Assembly: GCA_011109175.1 (NCBI GenBank)
Contig: RDEW01000009.1
Span: 702,875 to 766,874, forward strand
Reading direction: 5' to 3'
Length of the DNA stretch: 64,000 bases
DNA from: Dicyema japonicum
Taxonomy: Eukaryota > Animalia > Dicyemida
Numbering within the stretch: the first letter of the stretch is position 1; the number at the start of each line of letters is the position of its first letter. The notes beneath the pieces are model-generated. The model was not told the DNA's origin. It searched no databases and saw nothing but the letters and a program-made list of their open reading frames with translations. Positions 23,881 through 35,194 of this stretch are shown here, in pieces. The translations under genes and the position numbers were made by a program.

Positions 23881-24266
23881 TTTTTATTTATTTTATTTTT
23901 AATAACCCCGGGAACACCGAGAAAGAAAGACAAAAGAGTCAAACAGTTAGGTGATCCCAATCCCCGCAATCAATTGCCCCACTACTTTCCGGAAGAGCCT
24001 TCTCTCGGTCTTGCAGAGGAATCCGATCGGGGAGGGGAATTTCCTATCCAATCGGTTTTCTCTTGCCATGGAAATGATCAAGCGAAGCGGTTTTATCTTC
24101 CTCACAGACGCGAAGAAATCCGGAACCACTACTACGGGTCTTAGCTTCTGGTTCACGGCTAATTTGTCTAAATCGTCATGTTTGTCTAATAACAATTCGC
24201 CTAATTTGCACGTTAGATCTATTTAAATATAAAGTTTATCGGAAATTACCAATTAAGACCTACTTA

Positions 24267-24542
24267 TATATAAAGCCTTTTCACGAGAGCCATAGTATTT
24301 TATAGCTCCGCATAGGCAGGACACACACTTTATTTAAGTAAAGAACAGTTAATTTTAACTAATCGTAGAACCAAGGAATGATCTTCACTTCTTTTTTTTC
24401 TTTTTCTTGTGTGAGTGTCCTTTCTAGACAATCCAGTTCCGCAGTGAGTATTCACTGATGACGGCGTCACTCGTCAAACCATTTCTGCATCGTAGATGCG
24501 TGGAACCTTCCACCAGGTGAACAGCAGCGAGATTCGAAACCG
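24267..24542 (-). mobile_element. SINE copy, 5'-truncated, 13-bp TSD
   Basis: Near-identical reverse complement of 25664-25979; TSD taagacctactta at 24254-24266 and 24543-24555. Confidence 0.92.
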
Positions 24543-24735
24543 TAAGACCTACTTAATTAACCTAAATGCGAAAAAAGTATTATTTATAACTGTAAAATTA
24601 GATATTTTATTACATTTTAATCTGAAAAAGGTCAAAAAATTAATTCTTAACGGATATACTTATTACAAAAACAACAAGAATAAAAATGTAGTATATTGGA
24701 AGTTCCAAGAATACCATAAAACAAAGTGAAGAATA

Positions 24736-25188
24736 TTATTATTATCATTATTAAAAAGCACTCCCGAGAAAACTATCTTCTTCGTCAGCTTCGACCATGA
24801 TCTTCTGTTGCGCACTAGTTCTCTTAGGTAGTCCAGGTCGTCCGCCATTTTAATTATAATATCAGATGATGTCCACACTCTTGTACGTAGTGAATCAGGT
24901 CCTGATGGACTACAAATCCCAGACCATAATGTCGGCAGGCCGACGGGAGGATAAAAATGTGGAATTTTCCAAACAGTTCTGTACATTGTACGGTCGTTTT
25001 TGTCTCTAGTAGACAGCAGACAGAGACTTCATATTTGGTTAGATCGCATAACAGTTGGTGTTTCTTGTAGGGTTGTTTAAATCTTCTGCAATTGAAAGAT
25101 CCCAGAGTGAACGGAGAAATCGGTAAAGAATACGAATAAGACATAGTTCAATAGAGGTGTCGTCACCACCTCAACCAACTCGTCGAGC
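24736..25188 (-). mobile_element. 453-bp internally deleted RTE (5' end + endonuclease start fused to ORF end and tail)
   Basis: LGSFNCRRF..VCCLLETK joined to DLDYLRELVRNRRSWSKL; (AAT)n tail; flanking direct repeat aagaata at 24729-24735 and 25189-25195. Confidence 0.85.
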
Positions 25189-25663
25189 AAGAATAAACGA
25201 CTTTAAATGAACAAATTACTAAAAATCTTAATGATCACAATCATATAATTGATGCTGCACAGAATAAAGCAACAAAAATAATATTAAAAATACGAAATCT
25301 GGCAAAAACGACAAATGATCCGCCACAATCAGTCATATTGAATGCTTTAGAAGACTGTTCTTATACCACAGCACCTAAGTTGCCATTAACTCAGTCTCAA
25401 AAGGACAATATACAACATTAGACATCAAAATTAATGTGTTCCAATATTACCAAAAAATACTACTGAATTAATTTTTCCGGAAATTTATAGAAAAACTATA
25501 AAAGGAGATGATTTCATTTTGCATGATTATGGAAATTCTAATAATCGAATAGTAATTTTTGGTACAAAACGCAATCTTGAATTACTTTCTAAAAGTAAAG
25601 AATGGTATGCTGATGACACGTTCAAAACAGTACCTTTGATTTTCCACCAATTATACACATTTC

Positions 25664-25979
25664 CCGGTGGCATAGTGGTTAGGTGTCGGGCTTAAGTGGC
25701 TTAGGTTACGAATTCGAATCTCGCTGCTGTTCACCTGGTGGAAGGTTCTACGCATCTACGATGCAGAAAGGGTTTGACGAGTGACGCCGTCATCAGTGGA
25801 TACTCACTGCGGAACTGGATTGTCTAGAAAGGACACTCACACAAAAAAAAAAAAAAAAGAAGTAAAGATCATTCCTTGGTTCTACGATTAGTTAAAATTA
25901 ACTGTTCTTTACTTAAATAAAGTGTGTGTCTGCCTATGCGGAGCTATAAATACTATGGCTCTCGTGAAAAGGCTTTATA
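25664..25979 (+). mobile_element. Full-length tRNA-headed SINE with RTE-derived 3' tail, 12-bp TSD
   Basis: A-box TGGCATAGTGG, B-box-like ATTCGAATC, TSD tatacacatttc at 25652-25663 and 25980-25991. Confidence 0.92.
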
Positions 25980-28229
25980 TATACACATTTCATGGCCTAA
26001 GATTAAAACCTCTGTGTTCACCAACGAGTATAACTATAGACTTTGAAAAGGCCATGCACAATGCTTTTTTGCGAAATTTTTTTCTATAAATAACTTTAAA
26101 GAATTCCCGAATGCAAAAGTAAAAGGATGCTTTTTTCATTTTTCACAATGTGTGTTTCGCGCAATTCAAAGGCACGGTTTACAGAAAAAATACGAAGAAG
26201 ATTCCAAATTTGTGTTAAAACTTCGGATACTTTCAGCTTTGGATTTTGTTCTTGTGGAATATGTAATCCAAACATTCGATTCGTTGTGTTCTACATTTCC
26301 TCTTGATGCGCAAGAAGTAGTTGATTACTTTGAAGACACTTGGATAGGTTTAAATTTTATATATTTAAAACATAGGCCGTCTAGTTATCAATAATATTCG
26401 TCGTCCACCTCATTTTTCATTTGAAATGTGGAATGTGTATAACTCACGCATAAAAAGAATTGTTAAAAATTTTAGATTAAACAATATAAATGAATATCTT
26501 AAAGGAATAGCTCACAATATTTATTTTTAAATATCTTGAATAAAATGATTTAATTGTTATTAGATAAACATGACGATTTACGAATTGTTAATTAGACAAA
26601 TTGTTTTAGATGAATTTTCTTTAGACGAATTGTTTTAGATGAATTTTCTGGTTACCTAGCTTCCATGAGTAGTGGGTCGACTGTTGATCCATTACGTGGG
26701 CAAAGCATACTGATGATTTTCTGGTGTATTGAGTTGACTCTGGACCATAGTCTCCGATAGCGCGAAACTCCATGCAACGGAGGCATACTCAACGGCTCGC
26801 GATTGTTTGTTGGTAGAAAGTAGAAACAGAAAAGTCCATATTCCTCGGGTCCTCCGGACAAGGGCGCGTAAACGTTAATTTTCTGGAGGCCCTGGTGATC
26901 ATGTCTTTTGCATGGGAGTTAAAATTGAGTAGACTGTCGTACTTGACTCCAAGGATAGTGGGGGACCTTGTCACTAGAATCCGAGTGGGACCAATAAAGA
27001 TACTCGGTTCATCTTTAAACGACGGTCCGAAGTGAAAATGGTACAAATAGACTTGGTTGCAGAAATCGTAAGTCGATTGCCAACATCCAATCGTGGAGAA
27101 TGTTCAATTTTGCCTGAGTCTTAAAGGATGCGACTTGCATCGAACGGTTCCGTATTGCCATGACTACATCGTCTGCGTAGGATAATAGCAGGGAATCTTC
27201 GTCTCCATCATTAGGTAGGTCGTTTAGAAATAAGTTGAATAGAATTGGTGAAAGTGGAGACCCCGGGGTAATCGTGATCTCAACGACTCTCCGCGTCTAG
27301 ACAAAAAGTGCCAGCCATAATTTCACATTCGGGAATATTTTAGAAAATTTTTTTCCAACCAGGATTTTCCTCGAAACAGTGTTCAAAGGCTTTGTTGATG
27401 TCAATAGAAACCAAGATTGTGCGTTTGTGAGGCGGGGGATGGGTGTTAAAACGTCGGCAATGAACTGCGATAGGGTAGCCAAGTATGTAGCGGTGGACCT
27501 ACCGCGGAGGAAACCATGTTGAAATATAAGACGTGGAAGATACGGAATAATAACTGATAATACAAGTTTCTCCATATTTTTCGCTCGTGAGCTTTTTAAT
27601 CTGGTGATAACATCCAAGATTTTTAATGATAAAAAACGGAATTAGATTTGATATCCATTTTTATAATATTTGCATGATTTCCATATTTGTTTAAGATCAT
27701 CAATTTTATTCCAAAATTTTGGAGCAGACAATGTTATCCCAATTACTTTTCTTCGTTGTGTCTTCGGGGATTTTGAGTCCGGACCCGTTCCATTTTCGAC
27801 AAGTTTCGTCAAATGACTCATTCCAGCGAAGTCCAATTGTGGACTTTTTTTCAAATTTGGGAATTTGAAAAAAAATTTATTTAAAAAACCATTAAAGTAA
27901 AAAATTATTTTTCTCAAAATAATATTTTAACAAAAGCTGTCTTTTATTTTTTTAAATATTATTTTGCGTGTATCTTCTAATAGCGGAAATAATTTTCATT
28001 TTCGACACTATTATTTTTTGTTCAATCAGATATAGTGTATTTAAAATCTTAGTTTTCATTTTTATCTCCGTCAATTATTTTGTCTTCTTTTTCAGAAGAA
28101 TTAAACTATTTAGATGATAATTTGTTGAGTTAAAAAGACAGAATTTAATTCCCGGGGATTTTAAATATTTCTTAAAAACTGATGTAAGTACATTATTTCA
28201 TAAGTATGCTCATGTACTTATGTATATTG

Positions 28230-28780
28230 CGTTAAGAATTTTCTGTATCACATAGCCGCTACTTTACAAAGGTCAAGGGTCACATTAACACTACAAAGCG
28301 AACTATTTAATAATTGCTAAGGGAGAGAGGTTGACCTGCTAGCTACAGTTGTAGCAAGTTTTCTATACGAATTGACAACCATTAGATGACCACCTCTTCT
28401 CTTTTTCCGCTATACCCAAAATTTCTTTATCCCGTCAGATTCAATTGTCTGATTTATGGAACATCTGCTTTTGTTTGTTTTGTTCCGCCAAAACATGCAT
28501 CTCAATAATCCCCCACTTTCACGTCAAGTAACGATAGTCAAAAGTAAGCAAAGAAATCTCGAACTTTTTTTTTTCATCCTAGATAGACCGTATCGCATTG
28601 TAGGCGTACGAGTCCCACTCTGACGGCTCTCCGGAGCATCAATTCTGAAGCACTTATCTCAAAAGGTCTGCGCCCTATTATCTTGTTGTCTTCGAAAACC
28701 CATATACCACGGATGGACAAGAAGCCGTGTGAGCCCAGGTCTTTTTTTGGCAGAGGTGAGATTTTCTAGAGTGTTCTTTG
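28230..28780. mobile_element. Degenerate APE-LINE remnants
   Basis: cgagtcccactctga..ggagcatc.attctgaagc recurs at ~49460 and, inverted, at ~38920 next to a LINE tail. Confidence 0.55.
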
Positions 28781-29269
28781 AAGGTCAGTGAGTATCCTAG
28801 GGATATGTATACTGTTAGTTAACTTGAGTGGCGAGAAGGTTGGGTTGTTAGGGTCAAGTAATTGTGGAAGATATTGTAAGCTTCGCATTTCGAAGTGATC
28901 ACCCAACGGAAAAATTTTCGCCTCTCAGTGTAAGTGGTCAATAGGAGTAGATTTTTGGGTTTTTTGTTGACTCCAGGAAACTGATTATGTAATGGTAGAT
29001 TATGACTATTGTTGAAAAGACCACGGCTTTCTAAATTCTGCTGAAAGAAGAGCTTCGTGGATTCAGAAAAAAGAAAAAACATTTGAGCCTGTTGAGGTAT
29101 AGCGGGATCACCGAATTAGATGGTTTAACTCCTTCTTTTCCTGGTATCTCTTTTTCGGGGTTTAATAATAATAGAGCATCCGGTAACCTTCACCAAAGTA
29201 AAGGGTCACATCAACAATTTTTTAAATAAAAATTATTAATTAACAAAAAACTTTATTACATTAAGAAAC

Positions 29270-29510
29270 AATTAATCTGAGGGTCATACGGTAGCCACCC
29301 TGATTGAGTGGTGATTCCCTCTCAGGTTTGAGAGCGATATTCGCTAAAACCCATCAGCGCTCATGAAGATCTCCAATGCGTGTAGAAATCCGATTCCCTA
29401 GACGACCCGAGAATTATAACGTCTCAAGGGCAAGGAATCAGAAAATTCAACTGCGAGCGGAACAAAAAATATCAAAATCATTGACGGACGTAAATTTTTT
29501 CATGGGTCGA
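29270..29510 (-). mobile_element. Degenerate CRE 3' end
   Basis: Reverse complement matches the 3320-3480 CRE end; a similar plus-strand end lies at ~62140-62200. Confidence 0.55.
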
Positions 29511-29779
29511 TACAAAAAAGGTTGAGAAACACTTTTAGAAAATGCATCAAGACGAAACAATAGAGATACGTAGAATTTTATCCGAGTACTCCTTAATGAT
29601 TCTTAGTCTTTTTTTATTATTGCGTACCTTGAAAAACATGAATGAGAATTAAGTAGATGGTTTGGATTCGTAGTTGAGGGCCACTATGTATTTTGTGAGA
29701 AATGAGCTCACCAGTGTAACTTTTGTATGGATTTTAAATTTTAATTCTATAGATTTGATTATGCAATTTAACTTATCTC

Positions 29780-29900
29780 CATGATGGCGTATTGTCATAA
29801 GTGCCAAGAAAGTTTTGATGGATCCGGGTTCGAATCTCGCTGCTGTACATTCCGTCTGAGGGTTGTACGCATCAATGATCAGGGGCATACCAAAGCTTTC
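29780..29900 (+). mobile_element. SINE head fragment
   Basis: gggttcgaatctcgctgctgt shared with the 25664 SINE; body fragment also at 30350-30510. Confidence 0.65.
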
Positions 29901-30059
29901 TGCTGCCCGGGGCGAGTGCATGATAATGATTCCTCTTATACTTCTAACTTAAAAAAATCGTGACTAAATAAATTATAGGTGTTGTCATACATGAGAATGA
30001 ATAAATAAAAGATCAAGTAAGAATGAGTTGTATCATTATTTAATTAACAAAAAATCACT

Positions 30060-30290
30060 TACTTCCATGTCCAATCGCTCCTTTGCAATCGACAAAAGTC
30101 TGTACCACAGCTTCTTTAACCTCGTTTGTCAGAAATTTCTTTTCAATGCTAATCAAAGATAAATTTGACAGTTGCTGATTTGACATCGATTTTACAGCAG
30201 ACACGTACGTACCTGACATCGATTACACCCTGTGCGCACGAAGTCTTCAGCATTGTCAATAGGATCTTGTCTATAGTGAAAAAACAAAAG
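30060..30290 (-). mobile_element. hAT transposase C-terminal dimerisation-domain fragment
   Basis: KILLTM.KTS...KSMSNQQLSNLSLISIEKK. Confidence 0.55.
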
Positions 30291-30589
30291 TTAGTATAGC
30301 TTAATAAAGTGAACTCTATGACTTGGATCTGCTGCCTCTAAGGCCCCCATCTAGGCACGCACCTGTCCATGATGCTTTGAATATGACAAGTAACTCCGTC
30401 ATCAGTGAATGCCTCACTGCGGAACCAGATCGTCTGAATAGAACTCACAGGCAACAATAAGAAAAAAAATAAGTTAAAGAACAATTCTTGGTTCCTCTTT
30501 CAACAATAGTTAATATAAACTATAAAATAAAAAGAAATATATATTTATTAATTATAGGCAGTAAAGAAGGCATAAACATTAAAAACATT

Positions 30590-33481
30590 TTAAAATATCG
30601 TATGTTTTCCAGCATAACTTTTAGATTTATTTGATTTACTCCCTTTATTGCTTTGTAGATTAAGCAACCAACTGCAAGGATCGTCACTCGTAATTTTGTT
30701 ACTATGAACAACTTCTATTCCAGAGTCATATTGACCAAGTTTCGACTGAGCATCAGTTCCCGGTCTACTAAAAAAAGAATTCAGTCCTATTTGACTTGAT
30801 AAAGAACTCTTGGTTTCAGCTTTACTACTCGGACAATATTTTCCCATCAAATCACGACCGGTTAGTTTTTCACCAAAATTTAAATACGATTCTTGTTTAT
30901 TTTCGATTTTATCAACAATCGACCTTCCCTGATTCGCTCGTTTTTGCAAAGCAACCCTGAGTTCTTCTATGTGTGAAATCGAAGAGTTCGAGGGTTTAGG
31001 TTCTTTTCTATCATACCCCAAGCCCTTGGAGATGGAATTAATACTAGAAGTTCTGGTTGGAGGCATTGGAGGCGAAGGAGGTCGTTGTTTAGGTTTGCCA
31101 TCCATCTTGAACTTGTTTTCAAGATTCTTGGTAATATTAGGGATTTGAATGGGGGAATATTGCTTTGGAGGTGGCGGACAAATTGTGAGATCACAAAATT
31201 CGTCGGGTGGAGGAAAAATGACGTCATCAAAAACAGGATCAGACCTATTCCATTCTTCTGACTGTTTCTCGTCCTCTTCACTGTCGCTTTCATCCATAAA
31301 AAGCCTAGTGATCTGTTCAATGTTCTATAATATTTATGCTTTAGTCTACGTTGCCTGACGTTGCTCGAAGAGATGCTCCCGTAGAATGAGAGGCTATATT
31401 GAGACTGTTTACCGTCAGTTTTCTCTTTTGCATCAAAGAAGCGTCACTTCTCTCAACTGCTAACATAAAAACGACCAACTAACATGGAATTCGAGCCAAA
31501 TCATCTGTTTTTTGCTGAGAAACGTATGTCCCGACCTTGACAGTGATTTCAGAGCCACAGCGTCTAATAATTGTAACAACGTCAGTGTGAGATAGACATC
31601 GAACGTCAATATTATCAATCTAAATACCGCATTCGACCCAACCTCGAGAATAAAATCATTCACCGTAAGTCCAACTTTATCCGCAACAGAATTTTTGGCG
31701 ACTGACTCTATAAAATGATACGAAGGTAGTGAGTCCCCCATCGCGTTCAATTCCTCTTGGGTCTTACGCTCTAAAATGCTAACATGCCAGTACTTTTAGG
31801 TCCTCTCAGCACAAATCCAAAAGGTTCCTTGTTTCTAACTATATAAAGAGTCCTCACAGTGAAAGGCCTGAGAATTATCAAGACAGAGCACCTCGCAGTG
31901 AGTTTCATATCAAAAACGGATCGCATATTCGTGAGAAACTGGTTGTTCGGCAAAAGCGAGCCTACAACTTTCGGTTTCTTGTTCTTCATGCGACTTACAA
32001 GAGAAGAGAAGGCCGAAGTGACCGATGACAACCGACTTTGACGAAATAAGTCATTCTGAGACAATGAAACCCTCGGCTCGCACAAATTTGACCTTCTTCG
32101 CTCATTTCTGGAAGGAGCTTGATTATGAGGGTCTACAATCATCAAAAGAGTAAAAACTGATCTCACATCGGTCAAAATTATGAATAACAGCAGCAGTCTC
32201 CGTGTTTCTGCACATTGCGGCGACTTCCTCAGCTCGTTTTCCATTGTTATTTAAAATTTTTGGATTTATACCACGTGTGAGTAAACAGTAGGCGGAATCA
32301 GCCTAAAACTTACAAAATCATAAACTTTATTGAGTCTGCCACAAATATGTAGAGAGGTCTCTCCGTTTCTACTTTTTAGGTTAAAATCCGCCCCATAAAA
32401 GAGGAGTAGGTCGACCACGGCGGAGGGACAGTGGATGCACGCCTAAACGAATGGTAACCAAATAAATCGACCAAATGAAGCTCAGAGAGCCCGTTTTCGG
32501 AATTAACACACCCAACAGGGGAGTGGTCATACAGCAGAAGGCTGAGAATATCAATAGAACAGTTCAGAGCTACTCCGTGGTACAGGGGAGTCAAATTATC
32601 GGCGTCCCTCACTTTTGCCGACATCCCTAAGTTCAGTAAAGACTGGAATATTAGCATAGTTGACCTTGACAGCATTAATATTGTGACATTTCACAGCCTC
32701 ATGAAGAGCAGTGAAAGATCCCTTGTTCCTATAGTCCACGTGGGCGCCTCCTCTGTACAGTTCGGTGATCAGCTGATCGCAGTTAGAGTATTTCACAGAG
32801 AGAGTCAATGGAGTTTCTTTATTTCAACCAATTTGGTACCTCCAGAGTCGGGATCGTGGCAGTTTGGGTCAAATCCCTTGTTGAGGTAGCGAATAATCTC
32901 TTCCACGTTATTTTCCCTTATAAGCTTCATGAATTCACTTGTGTTAGACTAATGTGAGAGAATTACAAACTTTACTACGAAGTCGTTTCACTTTCATTTC
33001 GTTGAGCCCTGTGTTTTTGTATAATCTTCTTTTTTTGATAAACTGTGCAATAACAAGGTAGCAAACATTAACGACGTCAAGAGGAGTCTCAAACGAGTAG
33101 TGGTTGGCCGGTCTCCATTCGTCAAGGAACTTTCCCGATCTTCCATTTTTTGGATTCATAAAAAACCCATAATTTAAGGGCTCCCTCAGACGCTACAAAA
33201 TTGAAGAAAAGGAAAATTATTTTTGTGTTAAATCAGCCAAAAATGGCTTACCACATCGCCATTCTGTAAAATTCTCAATTTGGCGTCCCATAATAAATCG
33301 TCGCTGTTAATCTCGATAATTCTCTAGATAAAAATACTTTGATAAAACCAACCTCCTGCTTAATATCAGGAATATTGACTCTGAGGATAATCTTCCTTGA
33401 CTCAAAGTCAGACTGGCCGTAATTAATCTGTGAAATCAAAAAAACTGATACGTTGTTAGATGATTTCCTTGTATCCATCAT
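30590..33481 (-). CDS. SHANK: SHANK-like scaffold protein (SPN domain, ankyrin repeats, PDZ, Pro-rich region)
   Basis: LRVNIPDIKQ, LNYGFF..GRSGKFLDE, GFDPNCHDPDSG, GGAHVDYRNK, LTPLYH, LLFYGAD, LHIC, FGFVLRG, PPSPPMPP; micro-introns; the 3' end is uncertain. Confidence 0.88.
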
Positions 33482-33949
33482 AAAATCGGCACTTTGGCAA
33501 CTAAAACAATAATCAAGGTTGAATTGATTTTATACACAATCAATTATAATTTAGTTCGCTAATAAACAAACTGAGAAATCGCACGCACACAAAACCTTAC
33601 GAAACGCGAAAACTCCAGGAGGGTTACTAAATAATTTTATTGTGATATTTTGTGTAAATATTTTATTAAAATAATATTATTAAATTAAAATGAGATTCAT
33701 AGTCCAACCGTGAGTTTACCTAGTCGCGATAGTAGATAGTTACCTAGTAGCGATACTGACTGAAAGCACCTAATAGGGTTGAGTTTTAGTTTTGATTGAA
33801 AATACCCCAATTTGATTTACATAATAAATAATCATACCTTCACTTTGCTTAAGTAAATTTAATTGACAAATAAATTTAAACTTTAGCTTAAGAGCGGGAA
33901 GTAATCGATATATAATTTATGTACTTTATAGACTCTATTGTCAGCTTAT

Positions 33950-34400
33950 ATTTAATTGATCGAACATTTGACTGGCTAATTGGCCTCCCGTCGGGAGATT
34001 ACAGGTGTTTAACTTTTAAAAATTTATTTCAGAGTCGTAAAAATTGTAAAAAGTCAAATTGCAGGATTACTTACAAATTTTTCTTTCAATGGATTTCTCG
34101 TCTTGAAAGACGTTAAGAAATAATTTGAAGTAGATTCGTAATTATCCTGATGTGAGACTTTAAATGTTTTATTTTGGATAAATCTGGAAAACTTTAGGGT
34201 AGTTAGAAGAACTAGATTGACAGTACGAAAAAATCCGGTAACTAAATTGCAAAATCATGTTCTGGCATGTCATACATGGCAAAATAGTCTTAAATCATAA
34301 TTTCAATAAAGTACAAATGCTTGAATTTATCGAATTCTTCGGTTTTATTAGTGATTAGATAGTCATTTTACACATAAAAAACGAATAAAGGGTACACTAT
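33950..34400 (+). mobile_element. Possible degenerate MULE fragment
   Basis: NYPDVRL followed by FG*IWKTL resembles the MULE 'P....GC.FHF.Q.IW' motif; weak. Confidence 0.3.
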
Positions 34401-34869
34401 TGTTATTAACTTCACGTTCACAGAACCAAAGAATGTTATATTAACTAATGTGTCGTTACCACACGATTTAAGATCTTCTTCATCAGACGTCTTCAAAGGG
34501 CTCTGTCTACTGCATGCGACCGTAGCTTTCTAGGTCATCTGTACATTCGAGTTTTTTTCATCTTAAGACCATAAGTACACACAGTTCACATAATAAACTT
34601 AATTTATTGAAATGACGTAGGGTCAATGAATTACTTGTCTATTCATTAAATAAGGTTAATCAATGTTTCACTTCAATGGTTAGTCATCACAAAGATTCGT
34701 AGTAGCAGCTGTTAAAATAATTAATTTAAAATTTTTTCCAAGACCACAGTTGAACCGAAAAAACAAACTAAGTGATCCCTACTCTGTCACATCAAAAGTT
34801 TTTTTTTTTGCGTAGCCGCGATTTTCTGAACATTAGTTCAAGAGATCGAAAGCCCCCATTTGGCCCACA

Positions 34870-35170
34870 TTATTATTATTATTTAAGCACTTCACGAGAG
34901 CCTATAGCCCCGCATGTGCAGCAAAAGAAACAATGTTAGATGCCATCCTTTTCCATGCTCCCCTGTTCCTAGCCAGCTGACCTCTGTGGAACGAGTTTAG
35001 TCTTTCCATATCCGCTGATGAGGTCGCCCAAGTTCCAGCGTTATATAATATTTGGCCATTTTTGGCCCACGTGTTAAGGAATAATTGATATTTATTAGGA
35101 TTAAAGAAATTTTTACGACCATTAAATAATCTTTTGATTATCACGTGTGGTCTTGTTGTGAATAATTGTA
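34870..35170 (-). mobile_element. RTE 3' fragment with (AAT)n tail
   Basis: ILYNAGTWATSSADMERLNSFHRGQL; ends tgcggggctataggctctcgtgaagtgcttaaataataataat. Confidence 0.8.
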
Positions 35171-35194
35171 TCATCATAGAGCGTCGTTCATACA

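Larger units (their letters stand above)
24150..26656 (+). mobile_element. Mutator/MULE DNA transposon (FLYWCH + MULE transposase), interrupted
   Basis: LNGYTYYK..VYWKFQEYHKTK/HNH; WYADDTFKTVP..QLYT; DFEKA; KGCFFHFSQC; imperfect TIRs sharing aatcgtcatgttt(g/a)tctaataacaatt; flanks tagcttct/tagcttcc. Confidence 0.85.
23885..27620 (-). mobile_element. APE-LINE (I/Ingi-group) 3' half split by a MULE insertion
   Basis: 26657-27620 has FQHGFLRGRST, QGSPLSPILFN, YADD and LGVKYD; it continues at 24149-23885 to a CCCGGGGTTATTAAAAATAAA tail. Confidence 0.75.

Noticed and set aside
24440-24480. Hammerhead-like CTGATGA followed by a stem in the SINE antisense strand
   Set aside because: The stem is followed by TCAAA, not GAAA, and no stem III or cleavage triplet is evident.
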